Position numbers and translations under genes: made by a program
Source of the DNA: Synergistaceae bacterium
GTDB taxonomy: Bacteria > Synergistota > Synergistia > Synergistales > Synergistaceae
NCBI GenBank assembly: GCA_031288335.1
Contig: JAITRO010000159.1
Coordinates: 1-57,913 of the forward strand
DNA: 57,913 nt
Direction: 5' to 3'
Shown: one piece after another, positions 37,944 through 46,598 of the stretch
How the letters are laid out: the number at the start of each line of letters is the position of its first letter
Position numbering within the stretch: position 1 is the stretch's first letter
Notes under the pieces: generated by a model
Seen by the model: the letters and a program-made list of their open reading frames with translations, nothing else
The model's database searches: none
What the model was told of the DNA's origin: nothing

Positions 37944-39413
37944 ATGATGGAGAGGGAAGATTTACTGAAAATGATAAGACGCTTTCCCGACAAGCCGGGA
38001 GTTTACATAATGTACGGCGAGGACGGGCGGGCAATTTACATAGGCAAGGCGAAATCCCTTAAAAAGAGGGTTTCGTCATATTTCAGACACACGTCCTTCG
38101 CGTCCTCGCGTCTTGCGAAACTCGTATCCGAAATCCGCGACATCTCGACCGTCCGCACGGAAAACGAAGCGGAGGCCATGATTCTGGAATCCAGGTTCAT
38201 AAAGCTATATCAGCCGTTTTTCAACGTAGAACTCAAGATGGGAGAGAAATATCCTTTCATCAAGATAACGAACGAGGATTTTCCGAGGACCATCATCACC
38301 CGCAATAAACAACAGGACGGCGCCGTGTACATGGGGCCGTTCGTTCACACTGGACACCTGAGGTCGCTGCTGCGCATCAGCGAGAGATATTTTCCCCTCC
38401 GCACCTGCGCGCTGCAGCTTAAATCCGGCAAAATTCACAGCGAACGGCCGTGCATGAGGCATACGCTTGGGCTGTGTCTCGCGCCCTGTGCTGGAATGTG
38501 CACGGAATCGCTCTACAGGGAGCGGGTGGCTGACCTCGTCCTGCTTCTTCAGGGCAAAGGCGCCGATCTGGCAAACCAATTGCACAAAAGAATGGACGCC
38601 GCCGCGAACAAGCTGGAATTCGAGCATGCGGCACACCTGCGGGATACCATCAGGGCCATATGGCACGTGAACCGCCAACACCTCACCACTCCGGCGATGT
38701 TCGAGGAAAATCAGGACGACTGGCTCTCGCTCAAACGCCTGCGGGAAGTATTGGGTTTGCGCGATCTGCCGTGGAGGATTGACGGTTTCGACATCTCGCA
38801 TACCGGCGGCGGAAATACTGTGGGCGTCGCGGTGGTATTCGAGCAGGGCATAGCAAACAAGTCCCTTTACAGGCGTTTTAACATCAAAACGGTGGAAGAC
38901 GTCGACGATTTTCGTTCGATGGAGGAAACCCTGACCCGCAGGTACAAGAAGTGCATCGAGGCTCAGGAGCCGATGCCGCAGCTCATACTGATCGACGGCG
39001 GCCCGGTGCAGCTTGAATTCGCGCTGTCGGCGCTGAGCAAACTTGGGCTCGAAAAAATACCCGCGGTATCCCTCGCCAAACGCGAGGAGGAGATATTCTG
39101 TCCGGGAAAAAGCGAACCGCTGAGGCTTGATTTGAACGATCCGGGATTGAAATTGCTGCAGAGGGTTCGCGACGAATCCCACAGGTTTGCGATAACGTCG
39201 CACCGAAGAGCCCGCGACAAAAAATTTTCCCGCAGTACGCTTGAAGATATTCCAGGAATGGGTAAAAATAGAGTGGCTCAGCTGTTATCGCGATTCGGCA
39301 GCGTGAGGGCAATCGCGAAACTCGATCAGGAAGAACTGGCCTCAGTGCCGGGAGTAGGGTCCGTGCTGGCTGAACGCGTGCTGAAAGCGCTCGATATCTC
39401 GGATCCGGAATAA
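37944..39413 (+). CDS. uvrC: Excinuclease ABC subunit C (UvrC), short form (489 aa)
   Basis: GIY-YIG (PGVYIMYGEDGRAIYIGKAKSLKKRVSSYF), Cys-rich CMRHTLGLCLAPCAGMC, UVR (LEFEHAAHLRDTI), RNase H-like RIDGFDISHTGG, and C-terminal (HhH)2 IPGMGKNR...VPGVGSV. Confidence 0.9.
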   Translation: MMEREDLLKMIRRFPDKPGVYIMYGEDGRAIYIGKAKSLKKRVSSYFRHTSFASSRLAKLVSEIRDISTVRTENEAEAMILESRFIKLYQPFFNVELKMGEKYPFIKITNEDFPRTIITRNKQQDGAVYMGPFVHTGHLRSLLRISERYFPLRTCALQLKSGKIHSERPCMRHTLGLCLAPCAGMCTESLYRERVADLVLLLQGKGADLANQLHKRMDAAANKLEFEHAAHLRDTIRAIWHVNRQHLTTPAMFEENQDDWLSLKRLREVLGLRDLPWRIDGFDISHTGGGNTVGVAVVFEQGIANKSLYRRFNIKTVEDVDDFRSMEETLTRRYKKCIEAQEPMPQLILIDGGPVQLEFALSALSKLGLEKIPAVSLAKREEEIFCPGKSEPLRLDLNDPGLKLLQRVRDESHRFAITSHRRARDKKFSRSTLEDIPGMGKNRVAQLLSRFGSVRAIAKLDQEELASVPGVGSVLAERVLKALDISDPE

Positions 39414-39488
39414 TGGCACAGGCAAAACCTTGGGGTTCCGCCCCAAACCCCGCAAGGGACACGCCCCTTGACCCCTTTTATAAATATT

Positions 39489-39550
39489 AAAGAGGGTGCA
39501 GGGAGCTTGCTCCCTGCCGGGTTCGGGCAGCGCCCGAGGTCTTGCTCTTT
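39489..39550. repeat. IR-flanked structured intergenic element, copy B (inverted relative to copy A), in the ribD leader
   Basis: AAAGAG (39489-94) and CTCTTT (39545-50) flank an 8-bp hairpin GCAGGGAG-cttg-CTCCCTGC (39498-39517). They also flank cgggcagcgcccgaggt (39524-40), the reverse complement of the copy A core. Confidence 0.45.
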
Positions 39551-39562
39551 TGAATCGAAGAG

Positions 39563-40681
39563 GTGTGTCACTTGATCAGCGTCAGCGAAGCACGGCTACA
39601 TGAATACTATATGAGAATGGCCCTCTCTCTGGCACGCAGAGGAACGGGGTTCGTGAGCCCAAACCCCAGGGTTGGATGCGTCATCACGGATTACAGCGCA
39701 CCGAAAACAAAAGCGGTGTCCTGCGGTTTTCACGGACGATACGGCGGGCCTCACGCCGAGACCGAGGCGATAAGAAACGCCGGCGGCTCCGTGAGGGGAA
39801 TGACGGCTTATGTGACGCTCGAACCCTGCTGTCATACCGGACATACGCCGCCCTGCTGCGACGCTTTGATATCCGCCGGAATAGCTAGGGTAGTAATAGG
39901 GATGACCGACCCCGACCCTCGCGTTTCCGGCGGCGGGACTGCAAAACTCGAAGCGGCCGGAATCGAGGTCATATCCGGAGTATTGAGCGAAGAATGCGGA
40001 CACCTCAACAGGGGATTCATCAAAAGGGTCGCGGAGGGGCGTCCGTGGGTTACAATAAAAGCGGCGGTGTCGATGGACGGGAACATAGCGCTCAAAAACG
40101 GCGAGAGCAAGTGGATCACAGGCCCGGAGGCACGCAGGAAGGCTCATTTGATGAGAGCGGCTAACGATGTCGTTTTGGTGGGAATAGGTACCGTGATGAA
40201 GGATGATCCGGAATTATCGGTGAGGGATTCGGAGGGACGTTCTCCGATCAAAGCTGTGGTGGATAAAGACCTGGAAATCCCGGTGGACGCAAGGGTTTTG
40301 AACGGCGGCGGGCGCGTGATTTTTACCGAGTTTACCGCGTCCGGCGCTCGCGGCGAAAAGATATTGGAACTTTCGAAAAGGGGCGTCAGGGTGATAAAAT
40401 CGCGGATCTGCGGCGGGCATATCCCTCCGGGGGAAATACTGAAGGAACTTGCCGCGATGGGTGCGAATTACGTGTTGATAGAGGGCGGGGCGGGGCTGAT
40501 ATCTTCGTTCGTCGAGGCCGGCTGCGCCGACGAAGCGGCGTTTTTTACGGCCCCGAAATTGCTTGGGGACGGCGTGCATGTCACAAAGTTTCAAATTCCA
40601 TCCATGAACTTGGCCGCCAAAGTGAAAAACCTCCGCGCGAAAACAATTGGCGCGGATGTCTTGTTGGAGGGCGAGTTCTGA
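39563..40681 (+). CDS. ribD: Bifunctional riboflavin biosynthesis deaminase/reductase RibD
   Basis: HAETEAI and TLEPCCHTGHTPPC zinc motifs, plus a C-terminal reductase domain. The true start may be TTG 39572, 9 nt after GAGG. Confidence 0.93.
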   Translation: MCHLISVSEARLHEYYMRMALSLARRGTGFVSPNPRVGCVITDYSAPKTKAVSCGFHGRYGGPHAETEAIRNAGGSVRGMTAYVTLEPCCHTGHTPPCCDALISAGIARVVIGMTDPDPRVSGGGTAKLEAAGIEVISGVLSEECGHLNRGFIKRVAEGRPWVTIKAAVSMDGNIALKNGESKWITGPEARRKAHLMRAANDVVLVGIGTVMKDDPELSVRDSEGRSPIKAVVDKDLEIPVDARVLNGGGRVIFTEFTASGARGEKILELSKRGVRVIKSRICGGHIPPGEILKELAAMGANYVLIEGGAGLISSFVEAGCADEAAFFTAPKLLGDGVHVTKFQIPSMNLAAKVKNLRAKTIGADVLLEGEF

Positions 40682-41334
40682 TGTTTACCGGTCTCATCGA
40701 ATGCATGGGGGAGACGGTCTCGGTCGCGGCTTCTCGCGGAGGCATGGCCGAGATCGCGATAAAAGCGCCGATTGTCGCGTCCGGGATATCGCCTGGCGAA
40801 TCCGTCGCCGTGGCAGGGGCGTGTCTTACGGCAGTCGGCTCGGACGGCGAAACGTTCAGGGCTCAGATGATGGCGGAGACGCTGCGCGCCACGCGCCTCG
40901 GCTCACTCGGGCCGGGCGGCATGGTCAATCTGGAACGCGCCCTGAAAACGGGCGGAAAGCTCGATGGGCATATGGTGCTCGGGCACGTGGACGAAGTGGG
41001 CGAGATATTGGCCGTGGAGACGGTAGGCGGCTCGAAAATCATCCATATCTCGGCGTCCGATAAAGTTTCCTGGGGGACGGCGCCCAAAGGCTCCGTGGCG
41101 GTCGACGGCGTCAGTCTGACCATCATCGACGCCGGGCGCGGCAGTTTTTCGATAGGCCTGATACCGACAACGCATGACCGCACGACGCTGGGTTTCCTCC
41201 AACGCGGGCACAGAGTGAACGTCGAAATCGACGTGATCGCCCGATATGTGGCGAGATTGTTGGGCAGAGACGCCGAATCCCCCGCGAGGGACGAACTCAC
41301 CTGGGAAAAACTGGCCGAATACGGTTGGAAGTAG
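40681..41334 (+). CDS. ribE: Riboflavin synthase (alpha chain) RibE
   Basis: MFTGLIE N-terminus, duplicated barrel (GDSVAVAG-like / GVSLT); TGATG overlap with ribD. Confidence 0.93.
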   Translation: MFTGLIECMGETVSVAASRGGMAEIAIKAPIVASGISPGESVAVAGACLTAVGSDGETFRAQMMAETLRATRLGSLGPGGMVNLERALKTGGKLDGHMVLGHVDEVGEILAVETVGGSKIIHISASDKVSWGTAPKGSVAVDGVSLTIIDAGRGSFSIGLIPTTHDRTTLGFLQRGHRVNVEIDVIARYVARLLGRDAESPARDELTWEKLAEYGWK

Positions 41335-41357
41335 AGAAACGGGAGGATGCGGATATA

Positions 41358-42581
41358 ATGGCGACAGAGGAAAAGATAGAACTGAACACTATAGGGGAGG
41401 CGATAGGGGATATTGCTTCCGGCAGATTGGTGATAGTGGTGGACGACGCCAACCGCGAAAACGAAGGGGATCTCGTGGCGGCGGCGGAATTGTGCACGAC
41501 GGAGATAATGAATTTCATGGTGCGGGAGGCCCGCGGGTTGGTCTGCGCGCCGATAGCCTCCGACATCGCCGAACGCCTCGGCATTGAGCTGATGGTGGAG
41601 CACAACACCGACCTTCACGGGACGGCTTTCACCGTGACGGTCGACGCGAGGAAAGGCGCCACCACCGGAATTTCAGCGGGAGACAGGGCGCTCACAGTGC
41701 GAAAACTCGCCGACCCGTCGGCACAGCCCGGAGATTTCAGGCGTCCGGGACATATATTTCCGTTGATAGCCCGCAGCGGCGGAGTGCTCAAAAGGACCGG
41801 CCACACGGAGGCTGCTATCGATCTGGCAAGGCTCGCCGGGCTGCGTTCCGCCGCGGCGATATGCGAGATTTTGAACGAGGACGGCTCCATGGCGAGGCTT
41901 CCCCAATTGCTCAACTTCGCGGCAGGACACGGCTTGAAAATCGTCTCGGTGGCCGACATCGTGAAATACCGCCTCGGCAGGGAAAAACTGGTCGAATGCG
42001 AGGTGACGGTCGACTTTCCGACCGAGTACGGCGATTTCAAGGTATACGCGTACAGGTACGCCGGGGACGACGCCGAGGTGGTTCATCTGGCACTGGTCAA
42101 GGGTGACGTCGGCTCGGTCGAAAATGTCCTGGTGAGGGTTCATTCGGAGTGCATCACGGGAGATACGTTCGGCTCCCTGCGCTGCGACTGCGGCGATCAG
42201 CTTCACGCCTCCATGAAAATGATAGAGAAAGAAGGAGCAGGCGTTTTGCTGTATCTGAGACAGGAAGGCAGGGGCATCGGGCTTCTCGCCAAATTGAAGG
42301 CATACAGGCTGCAGGAACAGGGGCTCGACACGCAGGACGCCAATATTGCCCTCGGTTTCCCCCCCGATTTGAGGGATTACGGCGTTGGAGCCCAGATTCT
42401 GGTCGACCTTGGCGTGAAGAAAATAAGGCTCATTACGAACAATCCCAGGAAGATGATCGGCCTGGAGGGTTACGGTCTGGAGATTACGGAGCGGATACCG
42501 CTGGAATTTCCGCCCAACGAACACAACAAAAAATATCTGGAGACGAAGTGCCGCAAAATGGGGCACGTGTTGCACATATAA
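41358..42581 (+). CDS. ribBA: Bifunctional DHBP synthase / GTP cyclohydrolase II RibBA
   Basis: DRENEGDLV, HTEAAIDLARLAG and RVHSECITGDTFGSLRCDCGDQL. ATG 41358 has GGGAGGA 10 nt upstream. Confidence 0.95.
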   Translation: MATEEKIELNTIGEAIGDIASGRLVIVVDDANRENEGDLVAAAELCTTEIMNFMVREARGLVCAPIASDIAERLGIELMVEHNTDLHGTAFTVTVDARKGATTGISAGDRALTVRKLADPSAQPGDFRRPGHIFPLIARSGGVLKRTGHTEAAIDLARLAGLRSAAAICEILNEDGSMARLPQLLNFAAGHGLKIVSVADIVKYRLGREKLVECEVTVDFPTEYGDFKVYAYRYAGDDAEVVHLALVKGDVGSVENVLVRVHSECITGDTFGSLRCDCGDQLHASMKMIEKEGAGVLLYLRQEGRGIGLLAKLKAYRLQEQGLDTQDANIALGFPPDLRDYGVGAQILVDLGVKKIRLITNNPRKMIGLEGYGLEITERIPLEFPPNEHNKKYLETKCRKMGHVLHI

Positions 42582-42606
42582 AACTGACGCTGGAGGAATG
42601 ATTGAG

Positions 42607-43095
42607 ATGAAAACCGTAAACGGCAACCTCATAGGATCGGGATTGAGATTCGCGCTCGCGGTCTCCCGCTTTAACGAACTGATCACCGGAAAACTGCTCG
42701 AAGGCGCCGTCGACTGCCTGACGAGACACGACGTCCGCCATCAGGATATCGAGATTTATTGGGCGCCGGGAGCGTGGGAACTTCCGCTGATCGTCAAGGA
42801 GCTCGCGTTGTCCGGCAAATACGACGCGATAGTCGCGCTCGGCGCGGTATTGCAGGGGGACACTCCCCACGCCGATTACATTTGCGCCGAGGTCTCGAAA
42901 GGGCTGGCGCACGTTTCGCTCGAACAGAGGGTTCCGGTCGGGTTTGGCGTCCTCACCTGTTCAAACCTCGAACAGGCGCTTTTGCGCTCCGGCAGCAAGG
43001 CCGGCAACAAGGGCGCGGAGGCGGCTATCGCGGCCCTCGAAACGGCGAACCTGCTCGTTCAGACCAGGAAAACGACTGGCGCCGAGAATAACTGA
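42607..43095 (+). CDS. ribH: 6,7-dimethyl-8-ribityllumazine synthase RibH
   Basis: FALAVSRFNE...WAPGAWELPL...GAVLQGDTPH signature. Confidence 0.93.
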   Translation: MKTVNGNLIGSGLRFALAVSRFNELITGKLLEGAVDCLTRHDVRHQDIEIYWAPGAWELPLIVKELALSGKYDAIVALGAVLQGDTPHADYICAEVSKGLAHVSLEQRVPVGFGVLTCSNLEQALLRSGSKAGNKGAEAAIAALETANLLVQTRKTTGAENN

Positions 43096-43119
43096 CTGGA
43101 ATAAGGCGGTGCTGACGGA

Positions 43120-44931
43120 TTGGGCGTTTTGCTGAACCTCGCCGGGGCTGACCCAGGCGTTTTGAAGACGATTGTCGTGATCACGTCGGTCGTGATTGCG
43201 TGTTTTTTCACGCAGAGGTTTTTCAAACGCGATCTCGAGCGCGATCAGTATTATTATCTCAGGGATATAAGCCTCATCGCGTCGTGGGCGATATGCGGCA
43301 TATGGGCGGAGAGCGGCCCTATGAAGCTGATGATAACAGCCGGAGTTATCGCCGGCCTTATAGGTTTTTGCCAGAAGGTGGTTAAAAGCTGGGACCTCCG
43401 TTTTTGTTACCTCGCCATAGGGCTGGGCGTCGCGATACTGGGCCCCAGGATCACCTTTATCGGGCGTCCGGACGGCGAGTTCCTGTATTTGTCGAGCACC
43501 GCGACCATACTGATATTGAGTTCCCTGTGGATGAGTTTTTTCCCGATCCTCGTGCAGGAACTCGACGAAATACCGGGGATGGGAGGCGGCCTCGTGCTCG
43601 TGAGCTGGGCACTCATGGTGACGGTCACGGCCATATCCAGCAAGGGGCCGTCCGACGCACTGATGATGTCGGTCTGCGGACTCGCGCTGATCGTGGTTTT
43701 CTGGACGCGGCACGTCAACGTCTACAGGAGGCTTGGCACGTCGCTCTCGGCGATGTGGGGGACACTTCTCGCGGGGGCGTCGATGCTGGGCGCCGGCAAG
43801 GGAGTCGCGTTCGCGACGGTTATGATTCTGCCCCTCGGACTTTTCGCGATTCCCATCATCGAGACCTCGCTGAGTGTTTTGTCGGCGGCTTTCTCGCCCA
43901 AACCTCTCGGGAACATGATTTTTTACAGAAAACTGGTCAGAAAAGGGCTTGATCACCCCACAGCGGTATTCATAGTGACGGGCGTGTGCGGCTTGACAGG
44001 CATTTCGACGGCGTGTCTTCAGATGAAAGTGGTGGATCCCCTGTCGCTCGCCGCCGCCATCATCCTAGTTGCGCTGGGTTTCTACGTATCATACGCCGGC
44101 ACGCGCGGGCACGGCAGTGTTTTCGGCAGACGTCCGTCGCTGTGGAACGTGACGGTGGATAATTTTTCCATCGATTACGCCTTGGGGAGAGTGGGCGGAT
44201 GGATTTCGTCCGGCAATCTGCCGCAGATAATCGTGACCCCTGACGCCCTTGCCGCCTTGCGAAGCAGGCATGACGATAAGTACGGCGAAATAGTGAGACA
44301 TGCGGGACTTGTGCTTCCCGACGGGACCGGTTTGATATGGGCGCTGAGATTTCTGGGCGGCAATGTGCAAGAACAGATATCCGGCGTGGATTTTGTGGAC
44401 AATCTTTGCAGGATAGCACCGGGACACGGGTGGTCTTTCTATTTTTTCGGAGGACATCCCGGGATCGCTGCACGCGCCGCCGAACGCATGACGGCCAAAT
44501 ACCCTGGTTTGATTGTGCGCGGAACGCGGAGCGGTTATTTCAGGCGGGAAGAAAACGACATCATCTGCCGGGAAATCAGGGAATCCGGGGCAAACATACT
44601 GCTAGTGGCTCTGGGAGCGCCGAAGCAGGAATATTGGCTCGCCGAAAACGCCGCGAAATTGGGCGCTGTCGTGGGCATGGGCGTGGGCGGGTCGTTCGAC
44701 GTGATGTCGGGACGGCTGAAACGGGCGCCCGCGGCATGGCGCAGGATGCGCCTCGAGTGGCTCTACAGAACGATTCAGGAGCCGTATCGAATCCGGCGCG
44801 TGGTGAAACTTCCGTTTTTTGTCATGTTGGTGCTTTTAAAAAAAATAGGTTTCGACTTCTGGAAATCGCCGAAATCACCTGATGTTTCGGAGGCGGCTGA
44901 TTTAAAAAATTTTAAAAATAAAGCGGGGTAG
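43120..44931 (+). CDS. Fusion of a polytopic membrane domain (degenerate MraY/WecA-like) with a C-terminal WecG/TagA/CpsF-family glycosyltransferase
   Basis: About 330 aa with roughly 9-10 hydrophobic segments, then IVTPDALAAL...LPDGTGLIWALRFLG...LLVALGAPKQEYW...VGGSFDVMSG (GT26-type blocks). TTG start. Confidence 0.75.
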   Translation: MGVLLNLAGADPGVLKTIVVITSVVIACFFTQRFFKRDLERDQYYYLRDISLIASWAICGIWAESGPMKLMITAGVIAGLIGFCQKVVKSWDLRFCYLAIGLGVAILGPRITFIGRPDGEFLYLSSTATILILSSLWMSFFPILVQELDEIPGMGGGLVLVSWALMVTVTAISSKGPSDALMMSVCGLALIVVFWTRHVNVYRRLGTSLSAMWGTLLAGASMLGAGKGVAFATVMILPLGLFAIPIIETSLSVLSAAFSPKPLGNMIFYRKLVRKGLDHPTAVFIVTGVCGLTGISTACLQMKVVDPLSLAAAIILVALGFYVSYAGTRGHGSVFGRRPSLWNVTVDNFSIDYALGRVGGWISSGNLPQIIVTPDALAALRSRHDDKYGEIVRHAGLVLPDGTGLIWALRFLGGNVQEQISGVDFVDNLCRIAPGHGWSFYFFGGHPGIAARAAERMTAKYPGLIVRGTRSGYFRREENDIICREIRESGANILLVALGAPKQEYWLAENAAKLGAVVGMGVGGSFDVMSGRLKRAPAAWRRMRLEWLYRTIQEPYRIRRVVKLPFFVMLVLLKKIGFDFWKSPKSPDVSEAADLKNFKNKAG

Positions 44932-44937
44932 CGGATC

Positions 44938-45246
44938 ATGAAGATGGATAAAATGCTGAAACAGGTTCAAAAAATACAGGCTCAGATGACTCTCGCGGAG
45001 GAAGCCCTCGCCGATGAGATAGTGGAGGGAACAAGCGGCGGCGGGATGGTGACCGTAAAGGCCAACGGACGGGGAGAGGTGGTCTCGGTGTCCATTTCGA
45101 GAGACGTGGTCGATCCCAACGACGTCGAGATGCTGGAAGACCTCGTCCTCTCAGCCGTGAAGGAAGCCGTACGCCTCTCGCATGAACTTGCTGAGAGACG
45201 CCTCGGCAGTTTAACCGGCAAAATGGGCATACCCGGGATGTTTTAG
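44938..45246 (+). CDS. ybaB: Nucleoid-associated protein YbaB/EbfC
   Basis: 102 aa with MLKQVQKIQAQM...GTSGGGMVTVKANGRGEVVSVSI...DVEMLEDLVLSAVKEA. Confidence 0.9.
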   Translation: MKMDKMLKQVQKIQAQMTLAEEALADEIVEGTSGGGMVTVKANGRGEVVSVSISRDVVDPNDVEMLEDLVLSAVKEAVRLSHELAERRLGSLTGKMGIPGMF

Positions 45247-45247
45247 T

Positions 45248-45385
45248 TTGGGCGGTTTGAGCATATCAGGTTCTCTCGAACGCCTCGTAAGCGTTTGGGC
45301 AAAATTTCCCGGCAGATACGCCGGCAGCGTAACTCTTCACGCGGCGTTCGAGACGAGAAGGGAGATGAATATGGAAGGAGGTTGA
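45248..45385 (+). pseudogene. Possible degenerate 5' remnant of recR (speculative)
   Basis: 45-codon TTG-initiated frame LGGLSISGSLERLVSVWAKFPGRYAGSVTLHAAFE..., directly after ybaB where recR normally sits. It loosely matches the RecR N-terminus pattern L..L.....K.PG....S....A. Confidence 0.25.
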
Positions 45386-45425
45386 GCGGTTTTATTCATC
45401 TTTTACAGGGAAAGGAGAGATTGTT

Positions 45426-46598
45426 TTGAACGAAAACGGAATCAGCGGCATCATGAAAATGGTACTGAGATTTCTCATGACCATCGTATTTGGCATAGCC
45501 GGATATCAGATAGCGCAGTTCACGTTGAGTTTGCAGCTTCCATTGCTCAAAAACATTGTGCATCCGTATATCTGGACGGCTTTTTCGATTTTGTTCTTTG
45601 CTCTTAATGGTTTTTTGCTCACTCATATAGTCTGGTGGGCACTCAAAAAAACGGGACAGCTTTTTGAAAGCATGGTTCAAAACGTGTCCATATCCGATAT
45701 CGTCGTCACCATCATAGGGCTCATGGTGAGCCTGCTCTTGGCCAACCTCATAGCCATACCGTTCATTTTCATCAATATTCCGGGCGTCGGATTTTACATA
45801 ACCGTGGCACTCAACATCGTCTTCGCGTTTGTGGGGGTCATGGCCTTTCTAAAACGCAGGGACGACGTGTGGGGGCTGATAACACACACATTTGGCAAAG
45901 GGGCGCGGATCTCTCTACGCGGCAAAAACAGGGCCGACTCGGAGACGGAGACAGCCGCGGCGGAATCCGACGAAAATATGGCCTCGGATCACTGCGAAAC
46001 GGGGAAAAAGGTGTTGGACACGAGCGCTCTGATCGACGGGCGCATATTGGATATAGCGAACACTGGTTTTCTGGAGGGGATACTGGTGCTGCCGCGTTTC
46101 GTCCTGACCGAGCTGCAAAGTGTGGCCGACTCATCGGATCCATCGCGGCGGGCGCGGGGCAGAAAGGGGCTTGGCGTCGTCTCGGAACTGCAGAAGATAA
46201 AGACGATGACGGTGGACATAGTCGACATATCCATGAGAGAACTGAAGCGCGACAAAGTCGACGAAGCCCTGGTGGAGCTGTGCAAAAAAATAGACGCCAA
46301 GATATTGACGACCGACTATAATTTGAACCAGATTGCCCGTATAGAGGGCATCGCGGTCCTCAACGTCAACGATCTCGCTAACTCTCTGAAGCCGCAGTTT
46401 CTTCCCGGCGACATGGTGAGAATAGACATCATCCGTCCCGGCAAAGAACAGGGGCAGGGCATAGGATATCTCGAAGACGGTACCATGTTGGTGGTGGAGG
46501 ACGGAGAAGGGGCCATCGGCTCCACGTCCGATATAGTGATAACATCCATGCTTCAGACCTCGGCCGGCAGGATGGTATTCGGAAAACTCAAGCGATGA
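45426..46598 (+). CDS. YacL-like membrane-anchored PIN plus TRAM domain protein
   Basis: N-terminal TM helices, PIN block KKVLDTSALIDGRILDIANTGFLEGILVLPRFVLTELQ, and C-terminal TRAM-like GDMVRIDIIRPGKEQGQGIGYLEDGTMLVVEDG. yacL-ispD-ispF-gltX synteny as in Bacillus. Confidence 0.85.
   Translation: MNENGISGIMKMVLRFLMTIVFGIAGYQIAQFTLSLQLPLLKNIVHPYIWTAFSILFFALNGFLLTHIVWWALKKTGQLFESMVQNVSISDIVVTIIGLMVSLLLANLIAIPFIFINIPGVGFYITVALNIVFAFVGVMAFLKRRDDVWGLITHTFGKGARISLRGKNRADSETETAAAESDENMASDHCETGKKVLDTSALIDGRILDIANTGFLEGILVLPRFVLTELQSVADSSDPSRRARGRKGLGVVSELQKIKTMTVDIVDISMRELKRDKVDEALVELCKKIDAKILTTDYNLNQIARIEGIAVLNVNDLANSLKPQFLPGDMVRIDIIRPGKEQGQGIGYLEDGTMLVVEDGEGAIGSTSDIVITSMLQTSAGRMVFGKLKR

Noticed and set aside
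39414-39562. Expected an FMN (RFN) riboswitch in front of ribD
   Set aside because: The leader is only 149 nt and none of the conserved RFN core strings are present. The structured part matches a repeat element also found at 36211-36272.
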